A DNA stretch of 34,213 bases from Chiloscyllium plagiosum (taxonomy: Eukaryota). Shown one piece after another: positions 1-10,506 of this stretch. The number at the start of each line of letters is the position of its first letter. Position 1 is the first letter of the stretch. Where the stretch lies: contig NW_025214443.1 of the NCBI RefSeq assembly GCF_004010195.1, forward strand, positions 1 through 34,213, written 5' to 3'. Both the position numbers and the translations under genes were made by a program. A model generated the notes under the pieces. It had not been told where the DNA came from. It was given only the letters and a program-made list of their open reading frames with translations, and made no database searches.

Positions 1-929
1 CTTAACTATTAATGCTTCATCCCTCCTTTGTGTTGAATAGCCTTTGCAAATCTCAAAGAATTTTGTAAACAATATTGCTATTCAAAGATATTATAGCTTC
101 TTACATTCTCTCTTTCCATGTTCTGTTCCTTTTAAAATGCTATTCATCTATGATTTCCTCTTGATCCATATAGATGACAACAACTTCTGTTTCTGAAGAG
201 ATGCTACTTAAACTGCTCACTAATTTTAGCTTTTTGTATTTTTTCAGCATTTTGGCATCTGCAGTATTTTTTAAATTACTTTTCTCCCCCAGGGATGAGG
301 GATAAATTTTCAATGAAGAGTCATTATCAATTCTCCCCTCTGCCTTTTCAGCTGTAGTGTAAGGATTTTTTTTTTAAGTTGTGTTCAAGCACGCTTCGAA
401 ATGTAATTAACTTCCAATAATATGTTTGGAACACAAGGTTGGGTTGCATTTTCATGCCGCCTTTCATGCTTAAGGAGGTGGTAGGCTTTAAAGTTGGTAG
501 TGAAGACTAATCCCTGAATTTCTGTCCCATTTCCATCACTGGATGGAAACATTTAACCATGTGGGCAAAGATGTATCTCAATGCAGTAGGTTTCATTTTA
601 GAGTCCCCCTACTCCACTTCCCAACAATTTTCATTGAGTCAAACTATTTTGACAGTTGTTGATTATGCTATCTGATTACCATTATCATAATAACCAAAAG
701 GAAAATCTTTCTAATTGGGAACCTAGGGATAGATAAATTCAAACCCAATTCATATATTAATAATATAATGGTGAAGAATCAATCTAATATATTCTTGATA
801 CAATGATTTTTGATAGGACTTTGTTTAGAAAAGGTTTTGTCCATCATATTTACCAACATTGTGAAAGTGGAAGAGTTACAGTATGAAAATGTTGTTCATT
901 TGCATTGGGAATTGGTAACATTGGTAACA

Positions 930-1098
930 TTCCCGCTTCAGGTGACTGACTGTGTGGAGTTTGCACGTTCTCCCCGTGTCTGCGTGGGTTTCCTCCGGTT
1001 TCCTCCCACAGTTCAAAGATGTGCAGGTCAGGTGAATTGGCCATGCTAAATTGCCCGTAGTGTTAGGTAAGGGGTAAATGTAGGGGTATGGGTGGGTT
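930..1098 (+). mobile_element. HE1-type V-SINE, 5'-truncated, runs into assembly gap
   Basis: Contains the V-domain core tgtgtggagtttgcacgttctccccgtgtctgcgtgggtttcctccgg and is nearly identical to the full copy at 7647-7972. Confidence 0.9.
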
Positions 1099-2002
1099 NN
1101 NNNNNNNNNNNNNNNNNNNNNNNNNNNNNNNNNNNNNNNNNNNNNNNNNNNNNNNNNNNNNNNNNNNNNNNNNNNNNNNNNNNNNNNNNNNNNNNNNNNN
1201 NNNNNNNNNNNNNNNNNNNNNNNNNNNNNNNNNNNNNNNNNNNNNNNNNNNNNNNNNNNNNNNNNNNNNNNNNNNNNNNNNNNNNNNNNNNNNNNNNNNN
1301 NNNNNNNNNNNNNNNNNNNNNNNNNNNNNNNNNNNNNNNNNNNNNNNNNNNNNNNNNNNNNNNNNNNNNNNNNNNNNNNNNNNNNNNNNNNNNNNNNNNN
1401 NNNNNNNNNNNNNNNNNNNNNNNNNNNNNNNNNNNNNNNNNNNNNNNNNNNNNNNNNNNNNNNNNNNNNNNNNNNNNNNNNNNNNNNNNNNNNNNNNNNN
1501 NNNNNNNNNNNNNNNNNNNNNNNNNNNNNNNNNNNNNNNNNNNNNNNNNNNNNNNNNNNNNNNNNNNNNNNNNNNNNNNNNNNNNNNNNNNNNNNNNNNN
1601 NNNNNNNNNNNNNNNNNNNNNNNNNNNNNNNNNNNNNNNNNNNNNNNNNNNNNNNNNNNNNNNNNNNNNNNNNNNNNNNNNNNNNNNNNNNNNNNNNNNN
1701 NNNNNNNNNNNNNNNNNNNNNNNNNNNNNNNNNNNNNNNNNNNNNNNNNNNNNNNNNNNNNNNNNNNNNNNNNNNNNNNNNNNNNNNNNNNNNNNNNNNN
1801 NNNNNNNNNNNNNNNNNNNNNNNNNNNNNNNNNNNNNNNNNNNNNNNNNNNNNNNNNNNNNNNNNNNNNNNNNNNNNNNNNNNNNNNNNNNNNNNNNNNN
1901 NNNNNNNNNNNNNNNNNNNNNNNNNNNNNNNNNNNNNNNNNNNNNNNNNNNNNNNNNNNNNNNNNNNNNNNNNNNNNNNNNNNNNNNNNNNNNNNNNNNN
2001 NN
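1099..2002. other. Assembly gap (other N-runs at 3344-3555, 12453-12962, 25041-25154, 29870-30279)
   Basis: N runs seen directly; the long X-containing ORFs in the track are artefacts of these. Confidence 1.
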
Positions 2003-3968
2003 ACCTGGAGAATTGTGTACAGGGTTGGCGAGACTCTACCTGGAATATTTTGTACAGGGTTGGTGAGACTGCACCTGGAGAATTGTGTACAGGGTTGGTG
2101 AGACGGCCCGTGGAGTATTGTGTACAGGGTTGGTGAGATTGCAACTGGAGTATTGTGTACAGGGTTGGTAAGACTGTACCTGGAGTATTGTGTACAGGGT
2201 TGGTGAGACTGTACCTGGAGTATTGTGTACATGGTTGGTGAGACTGCACCTGGAATATTGTGTGCAGGGTTGATGAGACTGCACCTGGAATATTGTGTAC
2301 AGTTTTGGTGAGGCTTTACCTGGAGTATTACGTACAGGGGTTGGTGAGACTGTATCTGGAGTATTATGTACAGGTTTGGTGAGACCGTACCTGGAATATT
2401 GTGTACAGGGTTGGTGAGACGGCACCTGGAGAATTGTGTACAGTGTTGGTGAGTCTTTTCCTGGAGTATTATGTACAGAGTTGGTGAGACTGTTCCGCCA
2501 ATATTGTGTACAGGGTTGGTGATACTGTACCTGGAGTATTGTGTACAGGGTTGGTGAGGCTGTACCTGGAGTATTGTGTACAGGGTTGGTCAGACTGCAC
2601 CTGGAGTATTGTCTACAGGGTTGGCGAGACTGTACCTGGATTATTGTGTACAAGGTTGCCGAGACAGTACCTGGTGTATTGTGTACAGGGTTAGTGAGAC
2701 TGTACCTGGAGTGTTGTGTGCAGGGTTGGCGAGACTGTACCTGGAGTATTGTGTACAGGATTCGTGAGACTGTACCTGGAATATTGTGTACAGTTTTGGT
2801 GAGGCTGTACCTGGAGTATTATGTACAGGGGTTGGTGAGACTGTATCTGGAGTATTGTGTACAGGTTTGGTGAGACCGTACCTGGAGTATTGTGTACAGT
2901 GTTGGTGCGTCTGTTCCTGGAGTATTATGTACAGGGTTGGTGAGACTGTTCCGCCAATATTGTGTACAGGGTTGGTGATACTGTACCTGGAGTGTTGTGT
3001 ACAGGGTTGCTGAGACTGTACCTGGAGTATTGTGTACAGGGTTGGTGAGGCTGTACCTGGAGTATTGTGTCCAGGGTTGGTCAGACTGCACCTGGAGTAT
3101 TGTCTACAGGGTTGGCGAGACTGTACCTGGAGTATTGTGTGTAGGGTTGGCGAGACTGTACCTGGAGTATTGTGTACAGGATTGGTGAGACTGCACCTGG
3201 AGTATTTTGTACAGGGTTGGTGAGACTGTACCTGGAGTATGTGTACAGGGTTGGTGAGACTGTCCCTGGAGTATTTGTACTGCATGGGTGAGACTCTACC
3301 TGGATTCTTGTGTACAGGGTTGGTGAGACTGTACCTGGAGTATNNNNNNNNNNNNNNNNNNNNNNNNNNNNNNNNNNNNNNNNNNNNNNNNNNNNNNNNN
3401 NNNNNNNNNNNNNNNNNNNNNNNNNNNNNNNNNNNNNNNNNNNNNNNNNNNNNNNNNNNNNNNNNNNNNNNNNNNNNNNNNNNNNNNNNNNNNNNNNNNN
3501 NNNNNNNNNNNNNNNNNNNNNNNNNNNNNNNNNNNNNNNNNNNNNNNNNNNNNNNGGCGAGACTGTACCTGGAGTATTGTGTGCAGGGTTGGTGAGACTG
3601 TACCTGGAGTATTGTGTACAGGGTTGGTGAGACTGTACCTGGAGTATGTGTACAGGGTTGGTGAGACTGTCCCTGGAGTATTTGTACTGCATGGGTGAGA
3701 CTCTACCTGGATTCTTGTGTACAGGGTTGGTGAGACTGTACCTGGAGTATTGTGTAGAGGGTTAGTCAGACTGTACCTGGATTATTGTGTACAGGGTTGG
3801 TGAGACTGTATCTGGAGTATTGTGTGCAGGTTTGGTGAGACTGTACCTGGATTATTGTGTACAGGGTTGGTGAGAATGTACCTGGAGCATGTGTACAGGG
3901 TTGGGGAGACTGTTCCTGGAGTATTTTGTACTGGTTTGGTGAGACTGTACCTGGAGTATTGTATACAG
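2003..3968 (+). repeat. 35-bp minisatellite (gggttggtgagactgtacctggagtattgtgtaca)n derived from CR1 ORF2, interrupted by a gap
   Basis: 35-bp period (e.g. 2022, 2057). The unit translates as LVRLYLEYCVQ, matching the CR1 motif LVRPHLEYCVQFW. Confidence 0.95.
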
Positions 3969-4280
3969 TTTTGGTGACCTAATCTGAGAAAGAATATGCT
4001 GACCATCGAGGAAGTGCAATGGACATTCTCCAGATTCGTCCCTCAGATAGTGAGATTGATTGATGCAGCAACTTGGCCCGTGTACTCTAAGGTTTCAAAG
4101 AATGAGAGGTGATCACAGTGAAATTTTGAAAGTTTACGAAACAAAGGACAACTTGGAAATAAACAGGATGTTTCTCTGGCTGCCTACTCTACATTTAAGG
4201 CAATAAAAATGGCAGGATATGGGACAGGCCATTTAAGACTGCAATAAGGAGGAAATTCTTCACTCAGAGAGGACTGACTA
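3935..4280 (+). mobile_element. CR1 LINE ORF2 C-terminal fragment contiguous with the last minisatellite unit
   Basis: Reads LEYCIQFW*PNLRKNMLTIEEVQWTFSR, then the agaatgagaggtgatc and aggaaattcttcactcagag CR1 motifs. Confidence 0.85.
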
Positions 4281-4528
4281 ATTCAGGGGCATGGCAATCT
4301 CTTGGCAAGCAAGTTTAGGGAGAATCCCCAGGTATTCAACAAGTGTGTCAAGTGGAACAGAATACCCAGGGAATAGGTAGGAGTCATTAGTGACTCGCCA
4401 AGTTGTTTCTTAATCAACTTTAGTGGTAGGAGACAGAGGGGGGTGGTAGAAGCCTGTTGGTGTGACTGGAGGCCGGTGTCTAATGTTGCACCATAGGGAT
4501 CAATGTTGTGTCCCTTATTATTTGTGAT

Positions 4529-4704
4529 TTGGAGATGCCAGTATTGGACTGGGGTGGACAAAGTTAAAAATCACACAACACCAGATGTATTCCGAGGCAC
4601 AAGCTTTCAATCCTCACAACTACCTGATGAAGAAGCAGCGCTTCGAAAGCTCGTGCCGCGGAATAAACCCGTTGGGCTATAACCCAGTGTTGTGTGATCC
4701 ATAA
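4529..4704 (+). mobile_element. Short non-autonomous element with inverted ends and hammerhead core (family B), 16-bp TSD
   Basis: ccttattatttgtgat is duplicated at 4513-4528 and 4705-4720. The element has inverted ends atcacacaacac...gtgttgtgtgat. Confidence 0.85.
4620..4656 (+). ncRNA. Minimal type I hammerhead ribozyme motif
   Basis: tac-CTGATGA-a-GAAGC-agc-GCTTC-GAAA-gCTC-gtg: conserved core boxes, 5-bp stem II, palindromic AGCU stem III, NUH triplet CUC and a short stem I. Confidence 0.65.
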
Positions 4705-5599
4705 CCTTATTATTTGTGATATTCATAAATGGTGATCTGTGAAAATAGGCGAGGGGTGGGGAGAGTGTGATAACCAAGTTTGTGTTTGATACAACGATTG
4801 ACCAGGTGGTTTGCAGTGAGGAGGAAGGTCTTATGTTACAGGAAGATACAGATGGACAGATCAGTAGCAGATGGAATGCAACCCTGATAAATATGAGGTG
4901 ATGCACTTTGGAAGAAGGAAGCACACAGCGGAGTACTCAGTGAATGGCAGCACACGAGGGAGCTCAGAAGGAGCCTGAATGTGACGGGACAGGTTAATCC
5001 ACAAGTTCAAAAAACAAAAGTAGTATAAGCATAGCCTTTATTCATCGATGCACAGATTATAAGTGCTATGCGGAACTTTGGTTAGGCCAAGATAGAATAC
5101 TGTGTGTAATTCTGGGAACCACATTACAGGAAGGATGTGATTGCACTGGACGGGGTGCAGATGAGATTCACCAGGATGTTCCCTGGGATGGAGCATATCA
5201 GCTATGGAGGGAGGCTGGATAAGTTCGGGTTGTTTAGTTTGGAGCAGAGAAGGCTGAGGGGGATGTGATTCAGAAGGAAACGATTATGAGTGACATGGAC
5301 AGGGTGGATAGACAGCAGCTGTTCATTTTAGTCAGAGGGAGAACAAGGGGGAGCACATTCTTAAAGTGAAGTGTTTGAGATTTAGAGGGGACTTGAGGAT
5401 CGTTTTTTACCGAGAGGGTTTTGAGGTCTGGTATGTACGATCGGAGAGGGAGTTGTCACGGGTAACCTCAGAGCTGTTACAAAGTACTTGGACGACCTCT
5501 TGAAGTGTCATCACATTCCTTGCCCGTGGGACTAATGTAGACCGTGCTGTTTTTCTGACGGTGCAGAGTCTATGCTTCTATGAGTACATGGTTGTGCAA

Positions 5600-7060
5600 G
5601 GTCAATCATTGAAAAGCTTAAGACAGAAATCGATGAGTTTCAGAACACTCTATATGCACAAGGGTAATAAATGTGAACTTGTAATAGCTTCATAAAGTAC
5701 GTCAATGGCAAAATTAAGGGAAAAATACATGCAGGTTATTTGCAGTCTATATCCAGAGAATGGAGAATGGAGAAGAGGGAAATGGCAGAACTATGCAGCA
5801 AATATTTCAGTAATATCCTTACAGAAGAAAACAAAACATTAAAACAATCTTCCTTGTAATATGAGGAAAGTTGAATCTGGTGAGAGAGAAAAAGGGAATA
5901 GAATACAATAACCAAATGAACGTTATGGAGATAGTACTTTAACTGAAAGCAGTGGGCTGAGAAAAAAACAACAGAGATTTATCAAATGGGAATCATATTT
6001 GAGAAACTGACTTTCAGCAAAATATGGAGAAGCAATCAATGCAATACGATTGGATTTTCAGAAAGAGTTTTGATCAAGCCCCAAGCCTACTATGAAAATT
6101 TGAATCGTATGGGACTGGGGCTAACAGAAGGGCATGGTTTTACAATGGGAGAGCTAACAGGAAACAGTGAGTAGGAATAAATCAATGTTTTTTTGAGAGC
6201 AGAGGACTCGGGGGTATAGCAGGATGCAGTGCCCTAGCTATTTCAAATACACACCAAACTTTTGTCAGAGGGAATCAAATGCAATATTTCCAATCCTGCT
6301 TGCTGATGGCATTAATTGATGTCAGATTGTGAGTGGGTGAGGAGGATGTAAAAAAAAGCTCCAAGGTGACTGAGGCAAGTGGAGTGTCTGTGCAAATGAA
6401 GAACAATGTGGGTAGATGTGACGTTGTGCTCTTTGATGGGAAAAAGAGAAGGGCAGCCTACCATTTGAAAAGGTTGAAAAATGTTACTCTATAAAGGGAC
6501 TTAAGCTTCTTTTCGTTTCATTCTTCACCGACCTCCGCCGTCCATACAGGGCAGTGAGTTCTGAAACCAGAAAATACTGGGAATGACATTGGGACACTTA
6601 CCAGTGTACATAGACTCATAGTTGAGTACCTTTAATATTGTAAAGGATCTGGATCTCCCTGTATACTAGTCACTGAAAGTAATTTTTGCAGGAACAGAAA
6701 GCAGTTAGAAAGGTAAATGATGTGTTGACCTTCATTTCAGGGGGATCTGAGTCCAGGTAAGGGTGTCTTACTGCAGCTGGACAGGGCCTTGGTGAGACCC
6801 CCATCTCGAACATGTTGCAGTATTGTGTGCAGTTTTGGTCTCCTTACCTGATAAAGGACAAACCTGACATTGAGGGAATGCAGCAAAGGATGACCAGACT
6901 GATCTCTGGGATGACAGGCTTGTTGTGGGAGCAGGGTTTGAGGCGACTGGGCCTTTATTCCATGGACTTTAGGAAAATGAGTGGAGATCTCAATGAAATA
7001 TATAAACTCTGACAGGGCGAGACAGACTAGAAGCAGGGATGATAATTTTGGAGCCATTAC
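5600..7060 (+). mobile_element. Old, deleted CR1 LINE ORF2 fragments
   Basis: EMAELCSKYF..I.TEE (~5780), DFQK.F-like (~6053) and LQYCVQFWSPYLIKD..IEGMQQRMTRLI.GM (ORF 6812-7012). Confidence 0.85.
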
Positions 7061-7112
7061 AGAGACCATTGAAGAGTTTATCACATGTCTGTGCGTCTGG
7101 AGTCACTTTTAG

Positions 7113-7317
7113 AGCTGAAAATGTGTTGCTGGAAAAGCGCAGCAGGTCAGGCAGCATCCAAGGAACAGGAGAATCGACGTTTCGGGCATAAGCCCTTCTT
7201 CAGGAATGATTCCGAAACGTCGATTCTCCTGTTCCTTGGATGTTGCCTGACCTGCTGCGCTTTTCCAGCAACACATTTTCAGCTCTGATCTCCAGCATCT
7301 GCAGTCCTCACTTTCTC
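7113..7317. mobile_element. Fold-back (hairpin) element with hammerhead core (family A), 16-bp TSD
   Basis: 75-bp inverted arms at 7111-7185 and 7212-7286 with one mismatch. ctggagtcacttttag is duplicated at 7097-7112 and 7318-7333. Confidence 0.9.
7172..7207 (-). ncRNA. Minimal type I hammerhead ribozyme motif
   Basis: Minus strand reads attc-CTGAAGA-a-GGGC-ttat-GCCC-GAAA-c-GTC-gatt: canonical core, stem II, palindromic ACGU stem III and GUC cleavage triplet. Confidence 0.7.
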
Positions 7318-7646
7318 CTGGAGTCACTTTTAGGCCAGATCAGGAAACCACAGGAGATTCACTTCCTGAAAGTACATTAGGGAAGCAAACTGCTGTTTTC
7401 AATCAACATTGGCTTTAGGGTAACTATTACTAGTACCAGATTTTAAATCTCGATATTTTATTAATGTTTTCAACCTACACCAGCTGCCAGAGCTTTAACC
7501 TGGTCTGGATTAGTAATCTCCATATTTCCACAACAGCACCATCTCTACAAGGGGACCTATCTGAAACCACACTGCACAGGTTATTTCTGTGCTGCTTGAC
7601 AGTTCTGTCAAAAATAACTCCCACCAATTTGACTATCGTGATTTGT

Positions 7647-7972
7647 GGGCGGCACGGTGGCACAGTGGTTAGCACTGCTGCCTCGCAGCGCCAGAGACCC
7701 GGGTTCAATTCCCGACTCAGGCGACTGACTGTGTGGAGTTTGCACGTTCTCCCCGTGTCTGCGTGGGTTTCCTCCGGGTGCTCCGGTTTCCTCCCACAGT
7801 CCAAAGATGTGCAGGTTAGGTGAATTGGCCATACTAAATTGCCCATAGTGTTAGGTAAGGGGTAAATGTAGGGGTATGGGTGGGTTTCGCTTCGGCGGGT
7901 CGGTGTGGACTTGTTGGGCCGAAGGGCCTGTTTCCACACTGTAATCTAATCTAATCTAATCTAATCTAATCT
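7647..7972 (+). mobile_element. HE1-type V-SINE, full length, (ATCTA)n tail
   Basis: tRNA-like head with A box tggcacagtgg and B box ggttcaattcc, V-domain, CR1-like 3' end gggccgaagggcctgtttccacactgt, and (taatc)n tail. Confidence 0.95.
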
Positions 7973-8740
7973 ACTGAGAGCACGGTAATTGGTCAGATTG
8001 TACTTATTCCGCTCTTCGGGGACTGGACATAGCTGAGTAATTTTCCACATTGCCAGGGAGATGTCAGAGTTGGAGCTGGAATGAAACAGCTTTCCCAGGG
8101 ACACGGCTTGTTGTGCCGCACAAATCTTCAGTCCTATTGCAGGAATGGAGTCAGGGCCCATTGCCTTTGTCATATCTACTGTGTTCAGCTGTTTCTTCAT
8201 GTCACATGCAGTGAATCAAATTGGTTGAAGACTGGCATCTGTGATGCTGTGGGCATCATGACGAAAGTGAGATGGATCAATGACTCAACACTACTGGCTG
8301 ACGGTGGTGTAGGTATTACATGTTTGTCTTTTACACTAATATGCAGGATTGTTTCATTATTTAGGATGGGGATGTTTGTGCAGCCCTTTCCTCTGTCATT
8401 TGCTTCATCATCCATCACCATTTATGACTGAATGTGGCAGGACTTCAGAGCTTCAATCAGATCTGTTGGTCAAATACGGTAGCTTTAATGTGTTAGCATG
8501 AGGTTTAGGTTCATGTGGTTCTTACCCTCACACGTTCACCCACACTCGTCACTGAACCATAGATCGTGTTGATGGTAATGGCAGACTGAGGAGATTATCC
8601 AGGGCAAAATATTTCAGGTTGTGTATGAACGCAGGTCTGCTTCTCCTGCTGCTGTGGTCCGCAGCACTACATGAATACACAATTTTGAGCTGCAATATCT
8701 GCAATGCAATTCTGCTGTCTGTTCCCCAGTTCACATCGAG
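7973..8740 (-). mobile_element. Non-LTR retrotransposon (CR1/L2 group) ORF2 fragment, pre-RT region
   Basis: ORF 7961-8200 reads KAMGPDSIPA..LKICA...L.KLF..S......WK....PV......NYR, the typical region preceding LINE RT. Confidence 0.85.
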
Positions 8741-8741
8741 A

Positions 8742-8830
8742 CCCATTCACCCATCAGCCCTGTACTCAGTGACCTCCTCTGGTTTCTGATGTGCTAATAC
8801 TTTCATTTTCAAATCGTAATTCTGCTGAGG
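8742..8830 (+). mobile_element. L2-like ORF2 C-terminal fragment
   Basis: ccc atc agc cct gta ctc agt gac ctc ctc tgg ... ttc aaa atc resembles the L2 motif HITPVL..LHWLP...I.FKI. Confidence 0.5.
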
Positions 8831-9039
8831 GTCTCTCCTCGGGTCATGCGTTCAATCTGACACATTCCGCAAAAGCATTTAACTGATTTTAATTCAATTA
8901 TTTAATTCATCTGTAGTTTTCCTTCAGTTATGCCATCTTCTGTGTTTGAGGTGAATGTGTTTCCCTGTTTCTCTCTCTGACCATGATTAAGAGCTCTGTA
9001 GTGTCAGTGATGCCAGCCTTATGTAGTTTCAGAACCAAT

Positions 9040-9300
9040 TAATTCTCTGGATTCCCAACCATCTTCACCACATTGTATGTTTTCTCTTTTGGTTTTACAC
9101 CTTATCGCTCATGGCTGCCTTGTCCTCCCATGGGCATGTTGCATCTCCTTTAGGATGAATTTCTGATATCCTCCGAATTATCCACAGAAACTCCTGCCAT
9201 TGCTGTTCCATGGTCTTCCCTGTTCGGCTTCCCTTCCAATTAACTCTGGCCAACTCCTCCCACATGTCTTTGTACTTACGTTACTCACTTATAATCACAT
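9040..9300 (-). mobile_element. Decayed CR1-like ORF2 fragment
   Basis: Sequence style (tcctgccattgctgttcca..gtcttccctg...cccttccaattaactctggcca.ctcctc) matches reverse-strand CR1 endonuclease-linker region. Confidence 0.4.
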
Positions 9301-9969
9301 TACATCAAGATGAGAGCAATAGATATAAACCGAAAGAAGGAGTTTTGAGAGATGGGACACGAAGAATAATTGGGGGATTTCTTAACTAGATAAAAAGAGA
9401 GAATGAGAGACAGAATGTAGATGTGGAGATATGAAAAATGAGAAAACGATATTATCGAAAGAAGTAGATGTACATCCTTCAATGTTTTGGCAATTCCTGT
9501 GTGTTGTGGTCCTTTGTACAGTGCATGTACAACTGAGTAATATGTTCAAATGCTGGGTCTGATGCCAGAATTTTTCTCTCCATTAATATGACAGACACTA
9601 GCGTTGGAAAGAACCCAACAGGCCAATATATTTAATTCCTGGTAGAAAGGGGATTAACTGAAATAAGTTGGGACACCATAACCAAGATTTATTACACACA
9701 TTCTGAAAAGAATGGGAGACAAGAGTAGGGAATCCCAGAAAAGGGGAACATTGAGAGAAGGGGAACATATCACTTAAATGAGGATAAAATAATGTTTTAA
9801 TGCTTTATAAATGTTATATATCATGTGCATCATTTTTGTTAACTGTGTCTCCGTTGTTCATTCAAAATGTGTTGTACACATATGAACAATCTTCCTTATC
9901 TGAACACACACTGATTAAACAGTGTGTATAAAATCATTTTTCCTCCATTTCAAACTGTCCTGTTGTCGT

Positions 9970-10362
9970 GCTACCAGGATACATGAACAACAACTGGCCA
10001 CCAAAAGATATAACCCACTATCACTAGTTTCCATACATACAGACAAGGAAGAACACCACTTTGACTAGGACTATACACACATCCTAGGAAAGGCGAAACA
10101 AAGACACGCACGAAAGTTCTGAGAGGCATGGTCTTCTAACCAGAAGTACATTAATAAACACATCAATTTAGATCCTACCTACCTTCCCTTGAAAAAAAGA
10201 ACTGGAAATGACAATACCCAGCTTAAGAAACCAAAACCTATAAATAGAGAGCCGGGACATACCACCATTGTATCACCGGAGACTCTTACTGATTATGTTA
10301 CCTTGTTATGGTAACGAAACATCTGAAAACAAACATTCCAGCTCAGCGAGTTAACTTACATA
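9970..10362 (+). mobile_element. Penelope-like element 3' fragment: GIY-YIG endonuclease C-terminus plus pseudo-LTR
   Basis: Manual translation from 9973: TRIHEQQLATKRYNPLSLVSIHTDKEEHHFD*DYTHILGKAKQRHARKF*EAWSSNQKYINKHINLDPTYLPL (two stops), followed by tataaat and a hammerhead-like motif. Confidence 0.85.
10286..10326 (+). ncRNA. Degenerate hammerhead motif in the Penelope pseudo-LTR
   Basis: CTGATtA-t-GTTACC-ttgttat-GGTAAC-GAAA-c-aTC: intact 6-bp stem II, but core G8 is mutated. Confidence 0.65.
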
Positions 10363-10364
10363 CT

Positions 10365-10501
10365 TATAAATTGTTATTTTTCTTTTAATAGTGGAATTTG
10401 GGACGATTTTGTCACTCATGTTTCAACAGAGTATGAGGCGAGGTGAGCTTTTCTGGGTGTGTGGTTTTAATTAACAGAGGAGTTCGACATTGACATCATA
10501 A
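10365..10501 (+). repeat. 5' LTR remnant (3' ~135 bp only)
   Basis: aatagtggaattt...gagcttttctgggtgt.tgg.tttaattaaca matches 15695-15830. Confidence 0.85.
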
Positions 10502-10506
10502 TGGTT

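Larger units (their letters stand above)
4290..5580 (+). mobile_element. Decayed CR1 LINE (RT region to 3' end) with internal deletions, interrupted at 4529-4704
   Basis: Degenerate ENPK..K, GVPQGSVLGPLLF (4485-4528), KFADDT (~4775), WQMECNPDKYEVMHFG and EYCV.FW.PHYRKDV motifs. Confidence 0.85.
7065..7545 (-). mobile_element. Old tRNA-derived shark SINE (non-HE1), interrupted by the fold-back element
   Basis: ctggagtcac..taggccaga.cagg...ccttcc.gaaa..acattag motif and a degenerate tRNA-like head at ~7490-7545, recognised from memory of shark repeats. Confidence 0.5.

Noticed and set aside
280..365. Polypyrimidine-AG acceptors suggesting a host exon
   Set aside because: No recognisable coding frame or convincing paired donor.
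876..2249. Long ORFs (300-450 aa), and similar ones at 12275-13053 and 29775-30437
   Set aside because: They read through N-runs and are artefacts.
2036..3692. 200-aa repetitive ORFs (QPCTQYSR/TNPVHNTPG) suggesting a repeat protein
   Set aside because: A stop-poor 35-bp unit cycles through all frames; indels ignore frame and the unit derives from CR1.
7085..7327. Mirror-image ORFs on both strands (MCCWKSAAGQA...)
   Set aside because: They are a consequence of the DNA palindrome, not coding.
7647..7720. tRNA gene
   Set aside because: It is the tRNA-derived head of an HE1 SINE, continuous with the SINE body.
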